From IMG/VR virus record IMGVR_UViG_3300025117_000032: a DNA stretch of 64,000 nt; one strand, given 5' to 3'. The DNA comes from a virus. Position 1 is the first letter of the stretch; each line of letters begins with the position of its first letter. The position numbers and the translations under genes were made by a program. Shown one piece after another: positions 49,492 to 57,432 of the stretch. The notes beneath the pieces are model-generated. The model saw only the letters and a program-made list of their open reading frames with translations. It made no database searches and was not told where the DNA came from.

Positions 49492-49568
49492 TGGAGCCCC
49501 TGTAGGGATTTGAACCCTAAACATCCACGGTACAAATGTGGTACTCTAGCCAATTGAGTTACAAGGGC
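49492..49568 (-). tRNA. tRNA-Thr(TGT)
   Basis: CCACA-TTTGTAC-CGTGG, CCA. Confidence 0.9.
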
Positions 49569-49574
49569 AAATTT

Positions 49575-49659
49575 TGGTGCCGGAAGGGGGACTCGAACCC
49601 CCATGCCCGAAGACACAAATTCCTAGGACTTGCGTGTATGCCAATTTCACCATTCCGGC
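49575..49659 (-). tRNA. tRNA-Leu(TAG), C33
   Basis: CAAGT-CCTAGGA-ATTTG, long V arm, CCA. Confidence 0.85.
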
Positions 49660-49665
49660 AATTCT

Positions 49666-49740
49666 TGGAGCTACCAACGGGATTTGAACCCATGTCACAA
49701 CCTTACCAAGATTGCGCTCTTCCTATTAAGCTATGGTAGC
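49666..49740 (-). tRNA. tRNA-Thr(GGT)
   Basis: CAATC-TTGGTAA-GGTTG, CCA. Confidence 0.9.
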
Positions 49741-49785
49741 AAATCCAATGGGTCATCCAATATTTACACAACTAGCCTCATTGCA

Positions 49786-49874
49786 TGGGGTGTAAGAGGG
49801 GATTCGAACCCTTACAAGGTTTTTAAACCAGCTTGATCCACAGTCAAGGGGACTACCAATTATCCTACTTACAC
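49786..49874 (-). tRNA. tRNA-His(GTG) with long variable arm
   Basis: CTTGA-CTGTGGA-TCAAG, V arm GGTT-TAAA-AACC, C73 CCA; promoter TTTACA-N17-TAGTAT at 49896..49924. Confidence 0.85.
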
Positions 49875-50042
49875 ACAATCCCTCTTTACATCTAAATACT
49901 AACACATCCTAGAGTGAATGTAAACAAAAAACTGTAGTGCGGCGGCAAACGTATTTCTTTGCACTTCTACTGGCTGGATACAGTCATCACTTGGAAAATT
50001 AGCCATCCACACAGACTTGGCCAACTTTTCCAGATCGTTATT

Positions 50043-50118
50043 TGGTGCCAACGATCCAACTCGAATGGATACCTCTAGTTCTTCAGACTAGCGTGCAGAC
50101 CATCTACACCACATTGGC
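50043..50118 (-). tRNA. tRNA-Phe(GAA)
   Basis: CTAGT-CTGAAGA-ACTAG, CCA. Confidence 0.9.
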
Positions 50119-50261
50119 ATTTTCTTGTTGTTGCACATGATCACGGGATTTAGTTGCATACCCATTTATCCTATTCTGTGCAACTATGCCACCGATAAAC
50201 TTGTGGCTGTTGTGGCGAGTGATTTCCGCTCCAAAGAGTAGACCCACACTCACCATCATTT

Positions 50262-50339
50262 TGGTAGAGGATATAGGATTTGAACCTATGAAATAGCTGA
50301 TTCAAAGTCAGCTGCGTTAGACCACTTCGCCAATCCTCT
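50262..50339 (-). tRNA. tRNA-Gln(TTG)
   Basis: GCTGA-CTTTGAA-TCAGC, CCA. Confidence 0.9.
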
Positions 50340-50348
50340 AATTAATTT

Positions 50349-50426
50349 TGGCACGGGCGGAAGGAATCGAACCCTCCCAATTCGATTTGGAGTCGAATTC
50401 GCCTAATCCTTGGAACATTCGCCCGC
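50349..50426 (-). tRNA. tRNA-Trp(CCA)
   Basis: TTCGA-CTCCAAA-TCGAA, G73 CCA, atypical D arm. Confidence 0.85.
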
Positions 50427-50768
50427 ATCTTTTATTTTGTGAAATTTTCTATGACAATTGGAACATAGAACCTCACACTTTTCAATTTCAACCATCAACC
50501 TTTTCCAAGACCAATTGTTTCCTATTGCCGATGATATTGTCATATCTTTTTTTGTTGGGTCTTTGTGGTGAAAGTCTAAACAACACGCATCATTTTCACC
50601 ACAAACCGAACAACATAAAGTTTTCTTATATTGCTTGAAATCCCTTTCCAAATCTTTATGTCTAGCTTTTGCATTATCCAATCTTGCTTGACGATATTCT
50701 CCATTATAGTTTTTCTTGTGCCAAGCTTTACTATACTCTATCCTTTTTTCTCTATCTTTGTATGACAT
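50403..50768 (-). CDS. HNH endonuclease
   Basis: CSVCGE…LDFHH.DP..K…EIEKCEVLCSNCHR..H; stop lies inside tRNA-Trp. Confidence 0.85.
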   Translation of the reverse strand: MSYKDREKRIEYSKAWHKKNYNGEYRQARLDNAKARHKDLERDFKQYKKTLCCSVCGENDACCLDFHHKDPTKKDMTISSAIGNNWSWKRLMVEIEKCEVLCSNCHRKFHKIKDAGECSKD

Positions 50769-50819
50769 CCCAAACCTCCACATATAAATATGTGGAAGGA
50801 ATCCAAAACGCAGAAATAG

Positions 50820-50857
50820 TTTTGGAGAGTGCTATGTTACCATTACACCACGGTCGT
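50820..50857 (-). pseudogene. Orphan 5' half of a second tRNA-Trp(CCA)
   Basis: ACGACCG-TG-GTGTAATGGTAACAT-A-GCACT-CTCCAAA-A then breaks. Confidence 0.7.
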
Positions 50858-51026
50858 ACAAGTTTTTGTGTGTTGCCAATGCTGTTTACAACTCCTACAC
50901 ACTGGCAACACACTGACCTGATTTTTAACATTCGGAAAACACTCCAAGTCTAAAATGTTCACCCTGGATCTGATCTTCCAGCCCATAGTTAGTGATCGCC
51001 CAAGGGGTATATAACATAGGTGTATT

Positions 51027-51100
51027 TGGAGCCTTGTATCGGGATCGAACCGATATCTTTTGGGTGGAAACCAAAGATACTTCCGTTGTATTAACAAGGC
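51027..51100 (-). tRNA. tRNA-Gly(TCC)
   Basis: TTTGG-TTTCCAC-CCAAA, U73 CCA. Confidence 0.9.
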
Positions 51101-51105
51101 AAAAC

Positions 51106-51197
51106 TGGTTGCTTCTAAACGTAGGACTTTTACCCCACCGTTTTTATCCCGACCGAAGCAACGTGATCGGCGGTGTTTTCTTCTAAGACAAGCAACC
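51106..51197 (-). ncRNA. Unknown GGTT…AACCA RNA
   Basis: GGTTGCTT/AAGCAACC-A; internal CACCG/CGGTG and CCGATC/GGTCGG. Confidence 0.5.
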
Positions 51198-51220
51198 GGC
51201 ACTTGCCTTAGTAATTTTAG

Positions 51221-51344
51221 TGGTTAGCTTTACAACGCCAAACAATCTCATGCCAATGTATATTGGGTCATACACTTCCCAATACCTTAGAGTAGTCTAA
51301 TGTTTGGTTGATGGTGTAAGCATCAATCTCCAACGTATCTAACC
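51221..51344 (-). ncRNA. Unknown GGTT…AACCA RNA
   Basis: GGTTAG/CTAACC-A; hairpins TTGATG/CATCAA and TATTGGG/CCCAATA. Confidence 0.4.
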
Positions 51345-51353
51345 TTTGCAAAG

Positions 51354-51426
51354 TAGCGGGTGTGAAATTCGAATTCACGATCTTTTGGTTATGAGCCAAA
51401 CGGGATGACCACTTCCCCAACCCGCA
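51354..51426 (-). tRNA. tRNA-fMet(CAT), no encoded CCA
   Basis: 1-72 mismatch, TTTGG-CTCATAA-CCAAA. Confidence 0.8.
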
Positions 51427-51430
51427 AACT

Positions 51431-51736
51431 TTAGCGTACTTGTCCATTTGCCGCAATTTCCTTCATCACTCTGATTGCATCATCAATGTCAAAAGTTGTG
51501 TAAACTTTTCTATCTTCACCCATTTTCCTTACTTCAACAACATCAAAAAAGACATTGGGATTTGGAGAATCACCAGAACAGTAATCTCTCCTAATTGTGT
51601 ATCCCTCTGTGCTTGCATATCCACCACAGGAGAAAAACAGAAACCAAAGGAACAACGCCACGATAACTGCAACCTCAACGATCCAAGTATCAACCACGGA
51701 AATCAAATCCAAAAACTTTTCTTTACGTTCGCTCAT
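51431..51736 (-). CDS. Hypothetical membrane-anchored protein
   Basis: One TM segment; stop just before tRNA-fMet. Confidence 0.5.
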   Translation of the reverse strand: MSERKEKFLDLISVVDTWIVEVAVIVALFLWFLFFSCGGYASTEGYTIRRDYCSGDSPNPNVFFDVVEVRKMGEDRKVYTTFDIDDAIRVMKEIAANGQVR

Positions 51737-51825
51737 TTCAGAACCATCCTTTTTCTTAAGGTAAATATGGAGAGCCTTGTTTTTCCGAACTTAATCGTGG
51801 CTTTTATCTCTCCGATTGCTCAAGG

Positions 51826-52052
51826 TTTTGGGACCCCATCATGCTTGGTTGACTAGACCAGATTATCCACCAAGATGGGTTTGGTAACTAGCTTATAGTG
51901 AGGTACGTCAGCCTCTTGCTAGTGTTTTATACGTCCAAAATTGCTTTCCTGGTCTAACACGATCTGATTGGCAATGTCACTGTTTTACCCTGCTAGTAGG
52001 CTTAGGCTTTTTCAGGATGCCATCCCATGCCCTCTTTTTCACCACCAGGAAA
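51826..52052 (-). ncRNA. Two adjacent stem-closed ~110-nt structured RNAs
   Basis: TTTCCTGGT/ACCAGGAAA (51945..52052); TTTTGGAC/GTCCCAAAA with ACTAGC/GCTAGT, CCCATC/GATGGG (51826..51940). Confidence 0.45.
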
Positions 52053-52054
52053 TT

Positions 52055-52130
52055 TGGTAGCCGCAAGGAGACTCGAACTCCTATCGAAAAATTGAAAGTC
52101 TTCCATCCTTACCTGTTAGACGATGCGGCC
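52055..52130 (-). tRNA. tRNA-Glu(TTC)
   Basis: GAAGA-CTTTCAA-TTTTT, CCA. Confidence 0.85.
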
Positions 52131-52140
52131 AAAATACTCT

Positions 52141-52346
52141 GTGTTGGGTTTTCGTACCAACCTGGGTCGGGTCTTGTCCCAGACGGCAGTATTATGAACA
52201 TCTTGTCCTACACCTAACAGCGTTAGCATCAACAGACAAGAACTAATACGAGCTATTGCGATTTTCAACGCTTGCGGTTTTCAATGATCTGCGATCCTAT
52301 ATACCACAATTGCTGTTGCCTGAACCCGGTGTTTATACCACAACAC
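52141..52346 (-). ncRNA. Unknown ~205-nt multibranch RNA with own sigma70 promoter
   Basis: GTGTTG/CAACAC ends, CGGGTT/GACCCG, GTATTA/TAATAC, TCTTGTC/GACAAGA; TTTACA-N17-TATGGT at 52353..52381. Confidence 0.55.
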
Positions 52347-52445
52347 CACTATACCATAACACACCTAGAACTATTTGTAAAGCTTTTTTCTAAACCAGCT
52401 ATCGGTTTCTATTCGTTAGATAGCTTACCTACTCCCATGTCAGTT

Positions 52446-52516
52446 TGGTGGAGGATAAGGGTAACGATCCCTTTAGCCATCGGTGCAAGCGATAGGACCA
52501 GCCCTCTGGATCCCCC
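52446..52516 (-). tRNA. tRNA-Ala(TGC), minimal D arm
   Basis: G3-U70, CCAG-AGGG-CTGG D hairpin, TATCG-CTTGCAC-CGATG, T-loop ATCGTTA, CCA. Confidence 0.8.
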
Positions 52517-52522
52517 ATGTTA

Positions 52523-53164
52523 TCATAAAATCTCACGCCTTATCGCCCATTTGCGAACAGCATTATCACTAACCCCAAACATCCTTCCGATTGCAACCCA
52601 AGAATTGTTGTCTATAAGTATCTGCAACTCTTCTTTGGACGGTATAACGATACCTTTTTCTCTTTGTGATATCCCAAAGCATTTAGTAGAACAATATTTG
52701 GAATTTTTCCTTTTTAGCTCAAATCTGCCACCGCATGTTTTACAGACAAATTCTTTTTTTGGCAAGTTGGTTATTTTTAATGGTGGTGCATATTCCTTCA
52801 ACCAATTGTCACCAATTTGTTCTTGTAAAGTTATGCTTGTGGTTAACTTTCCGTTGTGAATTGCTCTATGACAATTTGGACAAACACAAGCTAAATTTGT
52901 GTGGTGATTTGACCCACCTTTCTTTCTTGAAACAATGTGGTGAAGATCACAAGTTGCAACATTCCACCCACAAATAGAACACGACATATTGAGTCTTGCT
53001 AAAATTTTTCCAATGGTTCTAGTAGAAAGATCAAAGAGATTAGTTATTTCTCCGGTTTCCTTTTTGTGGACAACTTTTCTTTTACAAGAACTACACCTAA
53101 CCAATCTACCAGACCTTATATACCCAGAGAACCCCAATCCACATTTTTCACAAACATAATCCAT
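52523..53164 (-). CDS. HNH endonuclease with Zn ribbon and HTH tail
   Basis: CSICGW…DLHHI…GGSN…NL..VCPNCHR.IH; IGRMFGVSDNAVRKW. Confidence 0.85.
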   Translation of the reverse strand: MDYVCEKCGLGFSGYIRSGRLVRCSSCKRKVVHKKETGEITNLFDLSTRTIGKILARLNMSCSICGWNVATCDLHHIVSRKKGGSNHHTNLACVCPNCHRAIHNGKLTTSITLQEQIGDNWLKEYAPPLKITNLPKKEFVCKTCGGRFELKRKNSKYCSTKCFGISQREKGIVIPSKEELQILIDNNSWVAIGRMFGVSDNAVRKWAIRREIL

Positions 53165-53166
53165 TT

Positions 53167-53262
53167 TGGTGGGAGAGGTAAGATTCGAACTTACTTACTG
53201 CCAGAGTCCATACAACAGTTGTTGGGCAGGGCGGCTTTACAGGCCGTTGTTGTTACTCTCCC
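53167..53262 (-). tRNA. D-armless tRNA-Tyr(GTA)-like RNA with giant variable arm
   Basis: GGGAGAG/CTCTCCC-A-CCA; 8-nt linker in place of D arm; CGGC-CTGTAAA-GCCG; CTGCC…GGCAG arm; GTAAG-TTCGAAT-CTTAC. Confidence 0.7.
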
Positions 53263-53301
53263 ACAATTCACCCCATATATAAATAGTCTGTAAAAGTTTT
53301 T

Positions 53302-53511
53302 ACAGTCTGCTGCAACACCACCGCCGTTGCCGCTCATCCATTTGAAGTTACGCAGGCTGCGTTATGCAAATTGCGTAACTTTACTTTTTCTACACATGGC
53401 AAATAAGATGAAAATACCACCGTCATGTATAAGACAGCCCTATATGGAACTGTCAACGGTTTCCCTCTGCAAAAGGGCGGGCAATTTGTTTCAAGTCTTT
53501 GCAGGACTCGT
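53302..53511 (-). ncRNA. Unknown ~210-nt structured RNA with own sigma70 promoter
   Basis: AGTC-CTGCAA/TTGCAG-CAGACT ends; AAGTTACGCA/TGCGTAACTT; GACAG/CTGTC; TTTACA-N17-TAAACT at 53538..53566. Confidence 0.5.
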
Positions 53512-53587
53512 TTTTTGTTACCCCATTTTCTTGGTTTAGTTTACCACACTTTTTCCAGAATGTAAACAAAAAACTGGAAAATATTTT

Positions 53588-53661
53588 TGGTGAGGGCTGA
53601 GGGAATTGAACCCCCATTAATTGGGTGTAGACCAATCACACTTCCGTTATGTTAAACCCCC
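53588..53661 (-). tRNA. tRNA-Val(TAC), C33
   Basis: ATTGG-TCTACAC-CCAAT, A73 CCA. Confidence 0.85.
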
Positions 53662-53963
53662 ATGAACTCCATTTGATCTTCAAGATCCCATTGTGCTTCT
53701 TTGATCATGTAGATCATATCAATCAACTCTTCATTCCTGTGGCTAACGCTGCCATCTTCAAACCTTCCGGCATACTCCATCATTTCATCTAGGTCTACAA
53801 ACCCATAATTCATCGTAAGTGGTTTTCCAACGATTTCCTCTGGAACATGGCAAGTCCAAGGCTGACCTGCGCAAAGAGCATTTGTAAAGATAAGCGTTAG
53901 GTTTTTTCCTCTGTTTGTGACATCAATCACAACACCGCTTTTTGTGTGCCTAACAATGCTCAT
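53652..53963 (-). CDS. Hypothetical protein; stop inside tRNA-Val
   Basis: AGGA RBS, 103 aa. Confidence 0.55.
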   Translation of the reverse strand: MSIVRHTKSGVVIDVTNRGKNLTLIFTNALCAGQPWTCHVPEEIVGKPLTMNYGFVDLDEMMEYAGRFEDGSVSHRNEELIDMIYMIKEAQWDLEDQMEFMGV

Positions 53964-53980
53964 TTCATCTTTCCTTTTGT

Positions 53981-54056
53981 TGGCGGGAAAGATGGGTTAC
54001 GATCCCACTCTCTCTTGATTGACAGTCAAATGCTTTCCCAATTAAGCTACATCCCC
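53981..54056 (-). tRNA. tRNA-Asp(GTC)
   Basis: TTTGA-CTGTCAA-TCAAG, T-loop ATCGTAA, G73 CCA. Confidence 0.88.
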
Positions 54057-54119
54057 AAATTTTGAACGGAGGTTTTTGGCAAGCCAGAACCACCCGAAAA
54101 ACTGGCATTTTGTTTTGAA

Positions 54120-54210
54120 GTGACGGCAGTTTCGTTTGCTTTTGTTATGTGATTAGGAACGTTTCCATGGTTTATATGTCAAAGTGTTATCTGACTCAAA
54201 CCACCGTCAC
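54120..54210 (-). ncRNA. Unknown stem-closed RNA
   Basis: 13-bp terminal stem GTGACGGTGGTTT/AAACTGCCGTCAC. Confidence 0.45.
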
Positions 54211-54270
54211 ATTTCTAAATATACACCAATCTCCTACAAAAATCCAAAAATTATTCAACTTTTCTTTAGA

Positions 54271-54336
54271 AAATTGAGCATAGGTGAAGAGGGGTCTTTA
54301 CTTTTTACCGACTTCCATACGGTCTACGCTCAATTT
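54271..54336 (-). ncRNA. Unknown stem-closed RNA
   Basis: AAATTGAGCGTAG/CTATGCTCAATTT. Confidence 0.35.
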
Positions 54337-54686
54337 GTTTTGGACTTTGCACTCCTTGTTTTTTTTTTAGGAGAGGGGCGCTAATTCACACCCCACTCTC
54401 CTGTGGCTAATTAAGCAAGAACAAAGTTCTTGATCTTAGCCTTTTTTGCCGCAGCAAGGATATCCTCACTGTGTTTGGAAATGAGCTTCTTCATACGCTT
54501 TTTATCATAGATAGCATACTCAAAACTATGCCCATTCCAGTATTCACGATCATATGCACGAACACCGTTTTCAGCAACCACAAACCGAACCCTATTCCTA
54601 GTAAACCTTGCACTCTTCATAGTCTTACCTCTTTCATTGTTTGTTTAAAACACACTAGGTATTGCAACCTAGTTTCTACACTCATA

Positions 54687-54715
54687 AGAATAACACAACC
54701 GGGACCATTTGTCAA
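54687..54715 (-). promoter_or_regulatory. sigma70-type promoter
   Basis: TTGACA-N17-TATTCT. Confidence 0.7.
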
Positions 54716-55485
54716 GCATTTTTCCAAAAAATGTTTTTCGGATATTGGTGTATCACATCATCCGGTTGTTTGAACACAAGCTGTCCAGTATCAAGGTCAA
54801 CAATATTGTGGTAAATCACATTCACATCACCAAACTTCTGATTCTTGTGAAAGTGACCACAATACCACCCCTTGAATTTGATTCCTTGCTTAGTAAGGAA
54901 GGAAAAGTACCTTGCCATGGGGTCATTAATCCTATCTTCATGATATCCCATGGATTCGGTAAACTTGCTAACACATTCTGACGGCATGGTGTGGGTTAGA
55001 ACGTAGTCCACGTTCCAATCTACGCTGTCCAGCAGGTCCACCCCACGCTGCATTTCCTCATTAGTGGCAATCTCTCCTGCCCACCAATTTTTTCCCTCAA
55101 CCCTCATGTATCTATCGGTGGACATTGCCCCACCCATACAAAAAATCTTCCTATCACCAATATACAGGATGGTGCCGTTGGGAATAAAAAACACCCTGTG
55201 GCTAATCCTTTGCAATCTCCCCCAAGGAGTATCCTCATAAGGTAAAACCCGAAGCCTATCCCAATCATCGTGATTTCCACCAACCACAAAGGTTGTCCAT
55301 GGTTTACGATTAAACCAATCCAGGATATACCTTTCTTCACTACAGGGTTTTCCAAAGATAACCCCAAAGTCGCCAAGGATAATGAGAAAATCATCTTCCG
55401 TTAGAGTTCCAGGCTTAATCTTCCTATAATTTAGGTGTTGTATAGGACTGCCATGCACATCACCAGTTATGAGAATCTTTGCCAT
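54712..55485 (-). CDS. Metallophosphoesterase
   Basis: TGDVHG, LGDFG, GGNHD, GGAMS.D, VLTHT, CGHFH. Confidence 0.9.
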   Translation of the reverse strand: MAKILITGDVHGSPIQHLNYRKIKPGTLTEDDFLIILGDFGVIFGKPCSEERYILDWFNRKPWTTFVVGGNHDDWDRLRVLPYEDTPWGRLQRISHRVFFIPNGTILYIGDRKIFCMGGAMSTDRYMRVEGKNWWAGEIATNEEMQRGVDLLDSVDWNVDYVLTHTMPSECVSKFTESMGYHEDRINDPMARYFSFLTKQGIKFKGWYCGHFHKNQKFGDVNVIYHNIVDLDTGQLVFKQPDDVIHQYPKNIFWKNA

Positions 55486-56171
55486 TAGTCGATAACCTCG
55501 TATTCTTCAACCAAAGAAGGTGGAAAAGTGGTCATGGCTTCTGTTTTTGCTTTTTCTTTGTCTGTAAAGATACCAACAATTTCAAAAGCCCAATCATGAC
55601 AACTGCAAGTCTCTTCGTCCTCACAATATGGTTGTACTTTTACAACATAAACTTTCATTTCAATCCTCCACAATCATACCACGAATGGCGGGGCTAGTTC
55701 CAGAGCTTCCATCACAAAATATGGTGGCAAAAGAATCAAACACCATATTTCCCACCTTGAGTTTTCCGTTGCCAAGATCTTCTGTATCGTATTCGTCAAC
55801 ATGAACACCAGGATAAATGCGATACAATCCATGGCAGAGGAAACCCATTCTCATCAAAGCTTCGTGCTTTGTGGCAAATGGACCATAATGTTTGTGATGC
55901 AACTCATTATCTGCCCAACCAGGAATGTTAATCTCCCAATGAACAAACCAAGTCTTCATTTCAATCCTCCACAAATTGGGGTGAAAAGAATTCCAGATCC
56001 CTGGTTTCAATTTCAAACTGGTTGCAGTCTTTATCCTCAACCATGGCAACCTCACCGTCAAACCCAACAATGATTCCCCAAAAGAAGAAGGGAGGATTGT
56101 AGACTTCATCACCAATCTGAAAGTAGTTGCGTTGGGTCTTCATGACTTTTCTCCTTGTTCTGATCACAAGA

Positions 56172-56248
56172 CTATTATCGTCTATTCCCAGGTAAAAGTA
56201 AACAAAAAAATGAAGAAAATCTGAAAATTTATAACCTATTGATTTTAG
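56172..56248 (-). repeat. Early-promoter module, copy 2
   Basis: TTTACT-N17-GATAAT, same A/T tract, IHF consensus AATCAA-TAGG-TTA. Confidence 0.7.
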
Positions 56249-56600
56249 CTAAGTTATGAGTTTAACCACCCACCTAGGAACACCCTTTTCGTGGAGCTTC
56301 TTTCCCTGGGAAAACTTGATTGGAAAAACCCCAAAGGATAAAGCCCTCTTGATTTTTCTCTTTGCTTGAACCTTGCGAATGATATCAGAGAGCCCATCCA
56401 ATTGCTCATCTGTTAGTGGTTCCTTTGGGTTACACATTATGGGTAGTGCCCTAACCAGTTTGTGTTCTGGAATGACAATCTTGTATAACCAGTTTAGCAT
56501 ACTAGTCTCCCTCATCCATTTCAAGTATGAAAAAGACCAATACAATTGCAATCAAAAGTCCAATAGCGATTCCCATTTTTTCTCCTTACACCATAGGTCA

Positions 56601-56879
56601 TTATTTTTTCTCAAGATACTTTGCCAAATCTGCAAACAGTTGTGATGCTCTCTTTAGCATGGGAACATCAAAAGTATTATAGTCTATCCCCCTAGGTCCA
56701 TTTCCGCCATTTACATCAAAGCGTATGTTAACCATTTTATTCTCACTAAACCCATAGGCTCTTATAACCTTAACAATGAAATCATCGTTTGTTCCAGCGC
56801 CATGAGAGATTGGATATTCCCCATCAAGGGAAAAATCACTAATATCAACAATCTCATGCAATTGTTCTGTCTTTGTCAT
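56601..56879 (-). CDS. Hypothetical protein, paralogue family A
   Basis: EQL…FSLDGEYPI…MVNI…TF…LK. Confidence 0.55.
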   Translation of the reverse strand: MTKTEQLHEIVDISDFSLDGEYPISHGAGTNDDFIVKVIRAYGFSENKMVNIRFDVNGGNGPRGIDYNTFDVPMLKRASQLFADLAKYLEKK

Positions 56880-56904
56880 TTTAGTAACCTCTTTCTTTTT
56901 TGGT

Positions 56905-56980
56905 TGGCACCCCGTAGAGGATTCAAACCTCTAATGTTGGTTTCGAAGACCATTGGTTTATTCAGTTAGCCTAACGGGGC
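56905..56980 (-). tRNA. tRNA-Arg(TCG)
   Basis: TGGT-CTTCGAA-ACCA, CCA. Confidence 0.8.
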
Positions 56981-56991
56981 ACATTGTTTTT

Positions 56992-57068
56992 TGGTGAGGA
57001 TATTGAGATTCGAACTCAAACTTTACAAATTTTAAGTTTGTTGACTCTGCCTGTTGGTCTATATCCCC
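56992..57068 (-). tRNA. tRNA-Leu(TAA), short V loop
   Basis: ACAAA-CTTAAAA-TTTGT, CCA. Confidence 0.9.
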
Positions 57069-57078
57069 ACTAGTTTTT

Positions 57079-57154
57079 TGGTTGCCCCCCTGGGTTACGA
57101 TCCCAGCACCTTCCGCGTATCAGACGGATATTCTACCAAATGAACTAGGGGGCA
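57079..57154 (-). tRNA. tRNA-Ile(GAT)
   Basis: TCCGT-CTGATAC-GCGGA, T-loop ATCGTAA, CCA. Confidence 0.88.
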
Positions 57155-57162
57155 ACAATTTT

Positions 57163-57240
57163 TGGAAGGCATGTGCGGATTCGAACCGCATATCAATTCG
57201 GGTTGCAGCCGAAAGTCCCCGCCAAGGAGAGCCCATGCCC
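57163..57240 (-). tRNA. tRNA-Cys(GCA)
   Basis: TTCGG-CTGCAAC-CCGAA, U73 CCA. Confidence 0.85.
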
Positions 57241-57432
57241 AAATTATGTGCTTGTAAGACCATCAATCGTGTATTTAAATATACGATAGTTTGCCTCATA
57301 CTTATCGTTTACCCTTAATGTATGTGTGTATACTCTTCTACCAATTCTCTATTTGAAAAAACCCCAACGATTTTGTCATAGTAGCCATCATTATAGCTGA
57401 ACCGATCGGCCAAAACATAAACCTTCATTGAT

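Noticed and set aside
52446-52516. tmRNA 3' end (CTCCACCA)
   Set aside because: Closes within 71 nt as tRNA-Ala; no tag ORF
49575-53661. Amber suppressor reading (CTA) of the Leu and Val tRNAs, implying recoding
   Set aside because: CTA is off-centre in both loops; core genes are uninterrupted in the standard code and several end in TAG
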